Below, piece by piece: positions 41,164-51,065 of a stretch of 64,000 nucleotides of DNA. The position numbers were made by a program, and so were the translations under genes. The stretch's first letter is position 1. Every line of letters starts with the position of its first letter. Source of the DNA: Oscillospiraceae bacterium (GTDB lineage Bacteria > Bacillota > Clostridia > Oscillospirales > Oscillospiraceae). The notes under the pieces were generated by a model, which searched no databases, was not told the origin of the DNA, and saw nothing but the letters and a program-made list of their open reading frames with translations. Where the stretch lies: the NCBI GenBank assembly GCA_017561205.1, contig JAFZDL010000037.1, positions 3,490-67,489 of the forward strand, given 5' to 3'.

Positions 41164-42012
41164 ATGAAATGCGCCTGGCAGGCATATCTGAATCTTCTAC
41201 CGCACTGGGTGCGACAGGATGTGGACCTATACGGCAAAGAAGCCCTACAGGAACTGCATATGCGAATAGGACTGCAGCCTGAAATCTGTTTAGGCTCCAA
41301 AACACAAAGAATACACAGAAACATAACAAAAGATGATATTTCTTTCGTTATAAATGCAGCCTCAGAATATTCTCCCTGGGCTGCAAGAACACTTGCAAAA
41401 GGATATCTGACAGCCCAGGGGGGGCACAGAATCGGTGTGTGTGGCGTTGCGACTGTTGCGGATGGAGCTATGCGCGGAATAACGCAAGCCACATCCTTGT
41501 GTTTGCGCGTTGCCAGGGATATCGAAGGAATATCACCAAGGGCAAGTGATGTAACAGACTCGCTGCTGATTATTGGTCCACCGGGTAGCGGAAAGACCAC
41601 TTTACTTCGAGATATCATTCGGACAAAGTCCAATGCTGAGCAAGGGAATATATCCGTTGTAGATGAACGGGAAGAACTGTTTCCCTTATACAAAGGACAG
41701 TCGTGTTTTCCAGCCGGAGAACACACGGATATTCTCAGTGGTTGCAGCAAGGCAGAGGGAATTGAAGCGGTACTGCGAAGTATGAATCCCCGGTGGATAG
41801 CTGTGGATGAGATAACAGAAAAAAGTGACTGTGACGCGCTTTTGCAAGCCGGGTGGTGCGGTGTGAATTTGATGGCAACCGCTCATGCTGGTTCGTTACA
41901 GGATTTTTTAACACGCCCAATTTATAAACCCTTGGTAGCGTGCAAGATATTTACAACTGTTTTGGTTTTACAAAGGGACAAGTCCTGGAAGAAGGAAAGG
42001 TTGTATTTATGA
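41164..42012 (+). CDS. spoIIIAA: Stage III sporulation ATPase AA
   Basis: GGHRIGVCG, GPPGSGKTTLLRD, VDEREE and ATAH motifs. Confidence 0.92.
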   Translation: MKCAWQAYLNLLPHWVRQDVDLYGKEALQELHMRIGLQPEICLGSKTQRIHRNITKDDISFVINAASEYSPWAARTLAKGYLTAQGGHRIGVCGVATVADGAMRGITQATSLCLRVARDIEGISPRASDVTDSLLIIGPPGSGKTTLLRDIIRTKSNAEQGNISVVDEREELFPLYKGQSCFPAGEHTDILSGCSKAEGIEAVLRSMNPRWIAVDEITEKSDCDALLQAGWCGVNLMATAHAGSLQDFLTRPIYKPLVACKIFTTVLVLQRDKSWKKERLYL

Positions 42013-42521
42013 TTTTAAAACTGATTGGAGCTGTATTTGTTGTTGTCGGTTGTGGTGGTATAGGCTTTCGTATTGCAGCAAACCATCGTTTTGAAGAAAA
42101 AAATCTGCGGCAACTAATCGGAATACTCGACTATATGGAATGTGAATTACAGTACCGCATGACACCCTTGCCAGAGCTATGCAGACAAGCATCCAAAGAA
42201 TTTTCTGGCCTGCTTGGGAGTATCTTTAAGGAGCTCTCTATGGAAATGGATGCACAAAATTCCTCTGATTTGGAGAAATGTATGTCTGTTGCCCTTGAGA
42301 AAATCGGAAAGTTGCCACCTTTGACGCAGGAAGAATTGCTATTACTGGGCAGAACAATTGGTCGCTTTGATATGGAAGGACAGTTAAAGGGGCTAGAGGC
42401 AGTACGGCAGGACTGCAGAAGGCAAGTAGAGGCTCTGTCCTTTAACCGAGAGTCCCGACTTCGCAGCTATCAGACGTTAGGTCTTTGCGCCGGAGCAGCG
42501 CTTGCTATATTGTTTGTTTGA
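42009..42521 (+). CDS. spoIIIAB: Stage III sporulation protein AB
   Basis: LKLIGA, YRMTPLPE and LGLCAGAALAIL motifs; operon order. Confidence 0.9.
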   Translation: MILKLIGAVFVVVGCGGIGFRIAANHRFEEKNLRQLIGILDYMECELQYRMTPLPELCRQASKEFSGLLGSIFKELSMEMDAQNSSDLEKCMSVALEKIGKLPPLTQEELLLLGRTIGRFDMEGQLKGLEAVRQDCRRQVEALSFNRESRLRSYQTLGLCAGAALAILFV

Positions 42522-42523
42522 TT

Positions 42524-42718
42524 ATGGAAATTGATTTAATTTTTAAGATTGCCGCCATTGGTATCATTGTTTCTATTTTAAACCAGGTACTTTCCCGCTC
42601 CGGGCGGGAGGAGCAAGCAACAATGACCACGCTGACTGGTCTTATTGTAGTACTGATGATGGTTGCGCAGAAGATTTCTGATCTGTTTGAACTTGTGAAA
42701 AGACTATTTGATTTGTAA
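42524..42718 (+). CDS. spoIIIAC: Stage III sporulation protein AC
   Basis: IFKIAAIGIIVSILNQVL..SGREEQA motif. Confidence 0.93.
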   Translation: MEIDLIFKIAAIGIIVSILNQVLSRSGREEQATMTTLTGLIVVLMMVAQKISDLFELVKRLFDL

Positions 42719-43113
42719 TGAATGTATTTTGGAAAACAGTAGCCGGTATTTTGACAGCGATAATATTGTGGATAAATCTTAACAAGAGCAACAAGGATTC
42801 TTCCGTACTAATGACCCTGGCCGTATGCGCAATGGCGATAATGGCTGCCGCATCATTCTTGCAACCCGTTGTTTCGTTTATCAAGAAAATTCAGGGAATT
42901 GGAAAATTGGATGAGGGCCTGGTATCAGTTGTCCTGAAAGTTGTAGGCGTTGGGATTGTCTCAGAAATTGCTTCCTTAATTTGCAAAGATGCCGGGAATG
43001 AATCTATGGGAAAAACACTACAATTTATTGCTGCTGCAACTGTTCTTTGGATATCGATACCTGTGTTTGAAAAGCTCTTAGCCTTACTAGAGAAAATTTT
43101 GGGGGGCGTATGA
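42718..43113 (+). CDS. spoIIIAD: Stage III sporulation protein AD
   Basis: LKVVGVG and ICKDAG motifs; operon order. Confidence 0.88.
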   Translation: MNVFWKTVAGILTAIILWINLNKSNKDSSVLMTLAVCAMAIMAAASFLQPVVSFIKKIQGIGKLDEGLVSVVLKVVGVGIVSEIASLICKDAGNESMGKTLQFIAAATVLWISIPVFEKLLALLEKILGGV

Positions 43114-44150
43114 GAAAATTTATAATCTTCTTGCTGTTGACCCTATTTTTGATCCAACCGGTATCTGCCAATGGGTTGACTGCACCATCCGCACCGGAAT
43201 CTGCACAGCGATATATGCCTTCCGAGCAACAAACATTTGCAGATGGGCTATGGTATATCGTAAAAAGCGCTGTTTCGGCGCTGCAACCAGAGCTTGCCAA
43301 CGCATCCGGTATATGTCTTTCGTTAATTGCTATTGTGCTACTTGTGAGCATATTAAGTAGTTTTTCAGAATCATCGGCTGGGGTTTTTCGTCTAGTAGTA
43401 GCAGTGGTAATTGGATTACTTTTGTTGGAACCGACCAACTCCCTGATCAGTCTGGGTACAAAAGCAGTAACAGAATTGAGTGAATACGGAAAGCTGATGA
43501 TACCTGTGATGTCAGCAGCAGTAGCAGCACAAGGCGGTGCAACAACATCGGCCGCTCTTTATACCGGAACGATCCTGTTTATAACCCTTTTGACAACATT
43601 TATTACCCGCTTCATTATCCCAGCTTTATACATATACCTGTGTCTATGTGTAGCAAACTGCGCTTTGGAGCAAGATATGCTGAAAAAAGTTCGTGATTTT
43701 ATAAAGTGGCTGATAACTTGGTCGTTAAAGTGGGTGCTATATATTTTTACAGGTTATATCAGTATTACCGGTGTAATCAGCGGAACTGTTGACGCATCAG
43801 CGCTAAAGGCTGCAAAAATAGGAATATCCGGTACAGTTCCTGTGGTTGGAAGCATTCTGTCCGATGCTGCTGAAACTATCTTGGTAAGTGCCGGCGTTAT
43901 GAAAAATACAGCGGGCGTTTATGGTATATTTGCCGTCTTAGCTGTGTGCATTGGACCATTTGTGCGGATCGGCGCTCACTACCTATTACTGAAAATGACC
44001 AGTGCTGTTTCCAGTATCTTTGGACATAAGCCGTCAGCAGAGCTGATACAGGACTTTTCTACCGGCATGGGATTTGCCTTGGCAATGACGGGAACGGTCG
44101 GTATGTTGCTTCTCATCAGCCTTGTGTGCTATATGAAGGGAATGGGGTAA
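43110..44150 (+). CDS. spoIIIAE: Stage III sporulation protein AE
   Basis: Multiple TM segments; VPVVGSILSDAAETI and KNTAGVYG motifs. Confidence 0.9.
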   Translation: MRKFIIFLLLTLFLIQPVSANGLTAPSAPESAQRYMPSEQQTFADGLWYIVKSAVSALQPELANASGICLSLIAIVLLVSILSSFSESSAGVFRLVVAVVIGLLLLEPTNSLISLGTKAVTELSEYGKLMIPVMSAAVAAQGGATTSAALYTGTILFITLLTTFITRFIIPALYIYLCLCVANCALEQDMLKKVRDFIKWLITWSLKWVLYIFTGYISITGVISGTVDASALKAAKIGISGTVPVVGSILSDAAETILVSAGVMKNTAGVYGIFAVLAVCIGPFVRIGAHYLLLKMTSAVSSIFGHKPSAELIQDFSTGMGFALAMTGTVGMLLLISLVCYMKGMG

Positions 44151-44156
44151 AACAGC

Positions 44157-44621
44157 TTGAAGGAATATGTGTTGCGTATTGTTGTGGCTGCTATCTTATG
44201 CGCTGTCGCAAGAGGTCTTCTTGGAAATAAAACAACTACAGGCCGCGTAGCGACGCTTGTGAGCGGTATTCTTATGGCCATTACTGTGATCTCGCCATTA
44301 GTAAATATCTCCTTTACTGGGATTAGCGATTTTTGGGATGACTTATCCGACGATGCAAATAAATATGTTCTTGAAGGAGTTGCTATGGCAGAAAAACAAG
44401 AGGCTGATATCATAAAGTCCCAAAGTGAAGCATATATCTTGGACAAAGCCAATCGTATGGGGTTGCAGATCGCTGTGGAGGTGGAGCTGGATGGTCATAA
44501 CGGAAATATTCCCTGCGGTGTTGTCATAAAAGGAAACATATCGCCTTATGGACAGATGCAGCTTGAAAGCTACATTGAGCAGACCCTGGGTATAGCCAAG
44601 GAGAATCAAACATGGAAATAA
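44157..44621 (+). CDS. spoIIIAF: Stage III sporulation protein AF
   Basis: Two N-terminal TMs ending VISPL; position between AE and AG. Confidence 0.75.
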   Translation: MKEYVLRIVVAAILCAVARGLLGNKTTTGRVATLVSGILMAITVISPLVNISFTGISDFWDDLSDDANKYVLEGVAMAEKQEADIIKSQSEAYILDKANRMGLQIAVEVELDGHNGNIPCGVVIKGNISPYGQMQLESYIEQTLGIAKENQTWK

Positions 44622-45121
44622 AAAAGATCACCGATAAGCTCCACGAGTTGATTAAAAGATACAAATATGCCTGCATTGTTTTGTTGATCGGCTTGGCTTT
44701 GATGCTGATACCCACCAAACAGTCGAAACAGCTGAAAACAGAGGCAATTTCACCATCTGCTACCATTCAGGAAACGCTTTCAGAGGAATCCCTCGTACAA
44801 ATTCTGCAATCTGTTGAAGGTGCCGGAAAAGTAAAGGTACTACTGTCAATAGGGGCAGGGGAGGAGACTGTATATCAAACTGATACGCAAATATCAACCA
44901 CCGGCGAAAATAATGATCAAACAACAAAAACTGTTATTATTACAGATTCTCAGAGAAGCGAGTCCGGACTGATTCGACAGGTAAATCCAGTGGCCTATAA
45001 AGGCGCGATTGTGGTTTGTCAAGGAGCAGACAGTCCTTCAGTTCGCCTTGCGGTTACACAGGCTGTGTCAAAGATCACAGGACTTGGAACAGATTCTATT
45101 TGTGTGCTGAAAATGCAGTAA
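44612..45121 (+). CDS. spoIIIAG: Stage III sporulation protein AG
   Basis: ILQSVEGAGKVKV and GAIVVCQGAD motifs. Confidence 0.9.
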   Translation: MEIKKITDKLHELIKRYKYACIVLLIGLALMLIPTKQSKQLKTEAISPSATIQETLSEESLVQILQSVEGAGKVKVLLSIGAGEETVYQTDTQISTTGENNDQTTKTVIITDSQRSESGLIRQVNPVAYKGAIVVCQGADSPSVRLAVTQAVSKITGLGTDSICVLKMQ

Positions 45122-45139
45122 ACGGGAGGTAAATGCATT

Positions 45140-45676
45140 ATGAAAATTTGGAAGAAAAACTTGGTTGTCACCGCTGTTCTTTTGACAGTATGCGGTGGAA
45201 TTTATGTGAATTGGATGTATGGTCAGGATCAGTCTGTGGCCGATCTGACAGATACATTAGACGAAGATAAAATTCTCTCTGTCGATAAGCTTGTTATGGC
45301 CGACGAAACAGCAGAAAACAGTAATACTATGGTTGATTATTTTGCGGCTGTTCGGCTTTCCCGACAGGAAGCACGCGACAGCGCAGTAAGTCTTCTCCAG
45401 GAAGCAATGGCATATGGTGATGAAACGGAGACAAAGTCTTCTGCAGAGTTGGAGCAGATTGTAAACACTGCTTTGTGTGAAGCCCAAATCGAAAGCCTTG
45501 TAATCGCAAAAGGCTATAGTGACTGCGTTACTTATATAGCCAACGATGCTGTTTCTGTTGCAGTAGCAGCACCGGAGGGCGGACTCCAGCAGCCGGATGT
45601 TGCGGTGATTTCCGATATTGTTGTGAATCAGTCCGGGTATACGATGGATAAGATTTATGTGGTAGAAGTGAAATGA
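45140..45676 (+). CDS. spoIIIAH: Stage III sporulation protein AH
   Basis: DYFAAVRLSRQEAR and IESLVIAKGY motifs. Confidence 0.9.
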   Translation: MKIWKKNLVVTAVLLTVCGGIYVNWMYGQDQSVADLTDTLDEDKILSVDKLVMADETAENSNTMVDYFAAVRLSRQEARDSAVSLLQEAMAYGDETETKSSAELEQIVNTALCEAQIESLVIAKGYSDCVTYIANDAVSVAVAAPEGGLQQPDVAVISDIVVNQSGYTMDKIYVVEVK

Positions 45677-45680
45677 TGAT

Positions 45681-45708
45681 TCCCCCGGAGATTATCTCCG
45701 GGGGTTTT
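45681..45708 (+). terminator. Intrinsic terminator of spoIIIA
   Basis: cccccggaga-ttа-tctccggggg followed by a T-tract. Confidence 0.8.
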
Positions 45709-45801
45709 TATAAAGAAAAGTATTGTAATTTTTCGGATATGTGATACAATATACAAAAGTATGTCATACGCAGTATGACGATTGTTTTGGAGGTTATTTC
45801 T

Positions 45802-46170
45802 ATGGCAGAGAACAAACAGTATATTATGCAGCCCCAGGATAACGGCACCGTTAATATCTCTGAAGATGTCATTGCAGCCATTGTTGCGCATGCAGCAGTT
45901 GAGGTGGAAGGTGTTGCAGGCCTTAATGCCCACCCCAGCAATGATATTATTGAATTAATTGGTAAGAAAACCTCTGTTAAGGGTGTTAAGGTTACCATTT
46001 TGGAAAACAACTCTGTAGCAATTGACTGCAATATTAACATTAACTATGGTCAGGGTATTGTGGAAGTTTCCGCTGCTGTGCAGGAAGCAATCAAGAATGC
46101 CTTGGAGTCTTTGGCCGCAATTGAAATTGCTTCTGTTAATGTGAACGTCTGCGGTATTGTCCGCCAGTAA
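45802..46170 (+). CDS. Asp23/Gls24 family protein (YqhY-like)
   Basis: GTVNISEDVIAAI, KGVKV and VNVNV motifs; upstream of nusB. Confidence 0.88.
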   Translation: MAENKQYIMQPQDNGTVNISEDVIAAIVAHAAVEVEGVAGLNAHPSNDIIELIGKKTSVKGVKVTILENNSVAIDCNININYGQGIVEVSAAVQEAIKNALESLAAIEIASVNVNVCGIVRQ

Positions 46171-46184
46171 GGTAGGGGAGTACT

Positions 46185-46643
46185 ATGACAAGAGGTAATG
46201 CCAGAGAGTTGGCAGTACATTTGATTTATGCCCGGGAGTTTACCGGCGATGAGCCGCAGATGGTAATTGCCACCCGTCTTGAAAAAGAATACTACGGTAT
46301 GCTGTCTGAGGAAAGTCCTGTTTATGAAGACCGTCCCAGCAAAGCCCAGAGAGCATATATTGATAGTGTGGTTATGGGTGTTGCTAATCGCGTGGATGAA
46401 CTGAATGAAACTATCAGTAAGTTGTCTGTGGGTTGGGATATTACCCGTATTTCCCGGCTTGCCCGCACCGTTATGCAACTGGCCATGTTTGAAATCCAGT
46501 ATGTGGACGATGTACCTACCGGCGTTGCTATTGCGGAAGCAGTGCGTATTGCAAAGCTGTATGATGGCGACGAGGCCGGTGCTTTTGTTAATGGTATTTT
46601 GGGTACTTTTGCCCGCAATTTGCCTTCTGAGGTAGAAGTATGA
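46185..46643 (+). CDS. nusB: Transcription antitermination factor NusB
   Basis: RGNARELA, VAIAEAVRIAK and FVNGILG motifs. Confidence 0.93.
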   Translation: MTRGNARELAVHLIYAREFTGDEPQMVIATRLEKEYYGMLSEESPVYEDRPSKAQRAYIDSVVMGVANRVDELNETISKLSVGWDITRISRLARTVMQLAMFEIQYVDDVPTGVAIAEAVRIAKLYDGDEAGAFVNGILGTFARNLPSEVEV

Positions 46644-47563
46644 GTGTCATTGCTTTTGATACCAGCAACTATACCACTTCCATTGCCTGGTTTGACGGCA
46701 CAGTAGGGGAGAACTGCTCTCAATTGTTGCCTGTGCGTGAGGGAGAACTGGGGTTGCGCCAAAGCGATGCAGTATTTCATCACACTAAGAGCCTGCCGGA
46801 GCTTTCCGGCAGGCTGTTTTCCAATATATCAGTAAATGATATTACTGCAGTTGGGGTCAGCACCCGTCCCAGAGCCGTAGAGGGCAGTTATATGCCGTGC
46901 TTTATGGTTGGATATTCCCACGCGAAAATCCTTGCTGACACCCTTAGGGTGCCTTTGGTGGAGTGTTCTCACCAGCAAGGCCATGTTGCTGCATCTCTTT
47001 GGAGCGCAGGTAAGTTGGAACTGATGGATCAGCCACATCTTGCCTGGCACTTGTCCGGTGGTACAACAGAACTGTTGCTTGTGGAACCGGATGGAAGAAA
47101 TGTCCGTTGTACCTGTATCGGTGGAACTTCTGATATTTCTGCCGGTCAGCTGATCGACCGTACCGGCCAGCTTTTAGGTCTGCCGTTTCCGGCAGGTAGG
47201 CATTTGGATGCCCTTTGGCAGCAGGCCAAGAATCAGGATGTATTCCGCGTTAAATGTCCTAAATTTACATTCTCTTTATCTGGTGTACAGAATAAGGTTA
47301 CGCAGTACTATGATTCTTGTACGGATAAGGTTGAAACCGCTGCCTATGCGCTGCGTTGCGTGTGTCAAGCGGTACTTTCCGCTACTGAAAATGCGCAAAA
47401 GGAATACCCAAATGTACCGGTTGTGTTTTCCGGTGGCGTAGCATCCAACACAATGCTGCGTGAGGTTCTTGCGCCGCTGAGTCCGGTGTTCTGTCCACCA
47501 CAGTATGCAACTGACAACGCAATGGGTGTAGCTGTACTTACACATCGATTACAGGAGATCTAA
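46640..47563 (+). CDS. Kae1/TsaD-like (peptidase M22) protein
   Basis: DTSNYTTS, SHQQGH, HLSGGTT, GQLIDR and TDNA motifs. Confidence 0.82.
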   Translation: MSVIAFDTSNYTTSIAWFDGTVGENCSQLLPVREGELGLRQSDAVFHHTKSLPELSGRLFSNISVNDITAVGVSTRPRAVEGSYMPCFMVGYSHAKILADTLRVPLVECSHQQGHVAASLWSAGKLELMDQPHLAWHLSGGTTELLLVEPDGRNVRCTCIGGTSDISAGQLIDRTGQLLGLPFPAGRHLDALWQQAKNQDVFRVKCPKFTFSLSGVQNKVTQYYDSCTDKVETAAYALRCVCQAVLSATENAQKEYPNVPVVFSGGVASNTMLREVLAPLSPVFCPPQYATDNAMGVAVLTHRLQEI

Positions 47564-47564
47564 T

Positions 47565-48776
47565 ATGTCTCAACAAATTCTGTCTATCACGCAGATAAAT
47601 GAATATATCCGCACGCTGATGGACGGAGATCGTCTGCTCTGCGGTGTGGCTGTCCGGGGTGAGATCAGTAATTACAAGGTCTATCCCTCTGGACATCATT
47701 ATTTCACTTTGAAGGATGATGGTGCAGCCCTAAAATGCGTTATGTTTCGGGGAAACGCAACAAAACTGCGTTTTCGTCCCGATAACGGTATGCAGGTAGT
47801 GGCTATGGGTAAAATCTCTGTATATCCCAGAGACGGCGCCTATCAGCTGTATTGCACCGGACTGATCTTAGACGGTGTTGGTGATCTCTATGCTGCCTTT
47901 GAGCAGCTGAAAACCAAGCTGGCTGCTGAGGGCTTGTTTGATCCCGCTTATAAGAAGCCCATACCGCAATTTCCGAAGACGATCGGTATTGTTACCAGTT
48001 CTGCCGGCGCTGCGGTCCACGATATGCTGCGTATTCTCAACAAACGATTCCCTTTAACAAAGGTTCGGCTGCTGCCTGTCCGTGTACAGGGCGCAGAAGC
48101 GCCGGAGGAGATTGCAGCAGCCATTGGGTACGCCAATCACCATAAGCTTGCCGATTTGCTGATTGTGGGTAGGGGAGGCGGTTCAATTGAGGATCTGTGG
48201 GCCTTTAATGATGAGCGCGTAGCTTATGCCATTTACCGCTCGGAAATTCCAATTATATCCGCGGTTGGTCATGAACCAGATGTAACCATTTCTGATTTTG
48301 TAGCCGACTTACGGGCAGCAACGCCATCAAATGCCGCTGAGCTTGCGGTACCGGATCAGGATGCCCTGCGACAGGTGTTGGATTCTATGTCGGCATCAAT
48401 GTCAACGGCCTTAGAGCGACAACTGAAAGCCTTACAGCAACGATTGAAGATGCTTTCAGAGAGCCCGGCGCTGCAGAGCCCTCAGGGCTACTTGGAGCAG
48501 CGTAGCAAGTCTGTTGAATTGCTGAAAAACCGCTTGATTTCTGCACAAAGAACAGTATTAAACCGTCACAATCAGCACTATCTTACCCTTGCAGCAAAAC
48601 TGGATGCGCTGAGTCCCTTGAAGGTTTTGACCCGCGGTTATGCGATGGTGCAGGATGCAGACGGAGAAGTTATCCGTTCTGTGAAGCAAACCACCACCGG
48701 GGGTACAGTTGAAATTACCCTTCGGGACGGTACAGTCAGTGCCAACGTAACTCGAAATAAGGAGAACGCATTATGA
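47565..48776 (+). CDS. xseA: Exodeoxyribonuclease VII large subunit
   Basis: GEISN, SGHHYFTLKD, RGGGSIEDLWAFN and TPSNAAE motifs. Confidence 0.96.
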   Translation: MSQQILSITQINEYIRTLMDGDRLLCGVAVRGEISNYKVYPSGHHYFTLKDDGAALKCVMFRGNATKLRFRPDNGMQVVAMGKISVYPRDGAYQLYCTGLILDGVGDLYAAFEQLKTKLAAEGLFDPAYKKPIPQFPKTIGIVTSSAGAAVHDMLRILNKRFPLTKVRLLPVRVQGAEAPEEIAAAIGYANHHKLADLLIVGRGGGSIEDLWAFNDERVAYAIYRSEIPIISAVGHEPDVTISDFVADLRAATPSNAAELAVPDQDALRQVLDSMSASMSTALERQLKALQQRLKMLSESPALQSPQGYLEQRSKSVELLKNRLISAQRTVLNRHNQHYLTLAAKLDALSPLKVLTRGYAMVQDADGEVIRSVKQTTTGGTVEITLRDGTVSANVTRNKENAL

Positions 48777-49006
48777 GTCAGAAGAAACCTACTTTTGAAG
48801 AAAATATGCAGCGTCTTGAGCAGATCGTTCGGGCAATGGAGAGGGGAGAGGTGCCTCTTGAGGAATCTCTGAAACTGTTCCAGGAGGGCACAGAGCTGGT
48901 TCGCACCTGCGGAAAGCTTTTAGATGAAGCCCAACTCCAAGTGAAGAAAATCGCCGTCGCAGAAGACGGCAGCCCTGTGGAGGAACCTTTTGATGCTGAA
49001 CTTTAA
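48773..49006 (+). CDS. xseB: Exodeoxyribonuclease VII small subunit
   Basis: FEENMQRLEQIV..LEESLKLFQEG motif. Confidence 0.95.
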   Translation: MSQKKPTFEENMQRLEQIVRAMERGEVPLEESLKLFQEGTELVRTCGKLLDEAQLQVKKIAVAEDGSPVEEPFDAEL

Positions 49007-49868
49007 GGAACAAAATGCCGAGTACCTGGCTTATATTGAGCAGTATTTGGACAAACAATGTTTTTGCGACGAATCGCAGCCCCAAAAGCTGCTATTTGAT
49101 GCTATGCGCTATAGCCTTTTGGCCGGTGGCAAGCGTTTAAGACCTATTTTTGTGTTTGATTTTTGCCGTATGTGCGGCGGAGATTGGAAGCAGTCTGCGC
49201 CCTTTGCTGCGGCTGTGGAAATGATCCATACATACAGTCTGATCCACGACGACCTACCCTGTATGGACAACGATGATTTTCGCCGTGGTAGACCGACCAA
49301 TCACAAGGTTTATGGCGAAGCAACCGCTGTTCTTGCCGGTGACGGTTTATTAACTGCCGCTTTTGCCTATCTTGCCAAAGCACCATATACTGCAGATATC
49401 CGGATTCACGCTGTGGAGATTCTCTCAGAATGCGCCGGTGAATTGGGTATGGTGGGCGGTCAGGTGTTGGATATGTCCAGCACAGAACGGCAATGCACAG
49501 AGCAGGAGGTTTTGGATATTCAAGGTCGCAAGACCGGCGCGTTGATCCGTGCGGCATGTATGCTTGGTGTGCTGGCCGGTGGTGGTAGTGAGGCGCAGCT
49601 TACAGCTGCCGGTGCATTTGCTGATAATTTAGGTCTTGCTTTCCAAATCCGCGATGATATGCTTGATGTGATTGGCACTGCCGAGGAAATGGGCAAGTCT
49701 GTGGGAACAGATGCCGAGAAAAACACATTTGTGCAGCTCTACGGTCTTGAAGTATGTGATACTTTAGTCCGCAAGCATACGCAAGAAGCAATTTTAAATC
49801 TTAAGCAATTTCAAAATACAGCGTATATGGAATCCCTTGCAAATCATTTAACCTCCCGTACAGTTTAA
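48993..49868 (+). CDS. ispA: Farnesyl-diphosphate synthase
   Basis: GGKRLRP, HDDLPCMD, RRG, KTG and FQIRDDMLD motifs. Confidence 0.92.
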   Translation: MLNFKEQNAEYLAYIEQYLDKQCFCDESQPQKLLFDAMRYSLLAGGKRLRPIFVFDFCRMCGGDWKQSAPFAAAVEMIHTYSLIHDDLPCMDNDDFRRGRPTNHKVYGEATAVLAGDGLLTAAFAYLAKAPYTADIRIHAVEILSECAGELGMVGGQVLDMSSTERQCTEQEVLDIQGRKTGALIRAACMLGVLAGGGSEAQLTAAGAFADNLGLAFQIRDDMLDVIGTAEEMGKSVGTDAEKNTFVQLYGLEVCDTLVRKHTQEAILNLKQFQNTAYMESLANHLTSRTV

Positions 49869-49903
49869 TGTATTACGCCTGCCAGAAATGGCAGGCGTTA
49901 TCT

Positions 49904-50500
49904 TTACATATCGATTGCCGGATTCATACAGTAAACATTCTTTTGATTTAACTTTTCACGGAGCAACTGCATTGCTTCGCCGAAACGCTGGAAATGCACA
50001 ACTTCCCGCTCACGAAGGAATTTAATCACATTGTTCACATCCGGATCATCAGACAGACGCAGAATGTTGTCATAGGTCACGCGAGCTTTTTGCTCTGCAG
50101 CCAGATCTTCGGTCAAATCAGCAATGGGATCGCCCTTGACAGCGATACTTGCTGCATTCCAAGGGAAGCCCGATGCTGCAGTGGGGTAAACACCGGCTGT
50201 ATGATCGACAAAATACGGCGCAAAAGCTGAATCCTGGATTTGAGAATCCTTCATATTCCGTGTAAGCTGATGGACAATAGCTCCAATCATCTCAAGATGC
50301 CCTAACTCCTCTGTTCCAATATCTGTTAGAAGTCCCTTCAGTTCGTCAAAAGGCATACTATATCGTTGCGACAGATAACGCAAAGAAGCGCCCAGTTCTC
50401 CGTCCGGGCCACCGTACTGGGAAATAATAATGGATGCCAAGCGGGGATTGGGCTTATCGATTTTTACAGGATACTGCAGTTTTTTGTTATAGATAAACAT
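49904..50500 (-). CDS. cotJC: Manganese catalase family spore coat protein CotJC
   Basis: QYGGPDGEL, IGTEELGHLE and FLREREVVH motifs. Confidence 0.93.
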   Translation of the reverse strand: MFIYNKKLQYPVKIDKPNPRLASIIISQYGGPDGELGASLRYLSQRYSMPFDELKGLLTDIGTEELGHLEMIGAIVHQLTRNMKDSQIQDSAFAPYFVDHTAGVYPTAASGFPWNAASIAVKGDPIADLTEDLAAEQKARVTYDNILRLSDDPDVNNVIKFLREREVVHFQRFGEAMQLLREKLNQKNVYCMNPAIDM

Positions 50501-50503
50501 ACC

Positions 50504-50950
50504 TTATACCTCCCGATTTGCAGCATATTCCCAGGGCCAGGGATCATTGAGCCAGGAATAGCCGTGTTCCATTGCGGACATATGGGTCAAAGGACCACAT
50601 TCCTTTTCGTATTGTTCGCGACCTTTTGCGTAGAGCTTTTGAAAGTCCTTAAAGACCTCAAACGCCTCCTTATCATCTCGGTGAGTATCCAGGTAAAGTG
50701 CCAGCTCCTGGATAACAAAGCCTAAGGTTTGCAACTCTGTCAGCGGTGTTACAGGCAATTCGTTCTTGTTTACTTTATTCATAAATGGAAGATCCAACCC
50801 CGGAAACAGTGTACCTCTTACAATCGCTGTGCGGGGCTCATATTTGGGAGGATCCTCATACTGAAAAGGTACATAAGGGTTAGCCAGGGGCGCGGTAGCC
50901 GGCAATCTGCCATAACCGCCATGCTGGCCTGTCTTTTTTAAATCCATCAT
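50504..50950 (-). CDS. cotJB: CotJA-CotJB fusion protein
   Basis: LANPYVPFQ...RGTLFPGLDLPF (CotJA) in frame with ELALYLDTH...GPL...WLNDPWPWE (CotJB). Confidence 0.85.
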   Translation of the reverse strand: MMDLKKTGQHGGYGRLPATAPLANPYVPFQYEDPPKYEPRTAIVRGTLFPGLDLPFMNKVNKNELPVTPLTELQTLGFVIQELALYLDTHRDDKEAFEVFKDFQKLYAKGREQYEKECGPLTHMSAMEHGYSWLNDPWPWEYAANREV

Positions 50951-50992
50951 ATCAGTGCCTCCTGATTCATTTTGGAATCCTTGATTCCGGGT

Positions 50993-51048
50993 CATTCTAT
51001 GCCGAATCCTGTCATAAGGTTCATTTCTGATATTCCTGTTCATAGAAT
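50993..51048. promoter_or_regulatory. Divergent SigE-type promoters for cotJ and the amidase
   Basis: CATAGAAT -10 element on each strand of the short intergenic region. Confidence 0.5.
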
Positions 51049-51065
51049 TTTTTGAGGTGGTTTCT

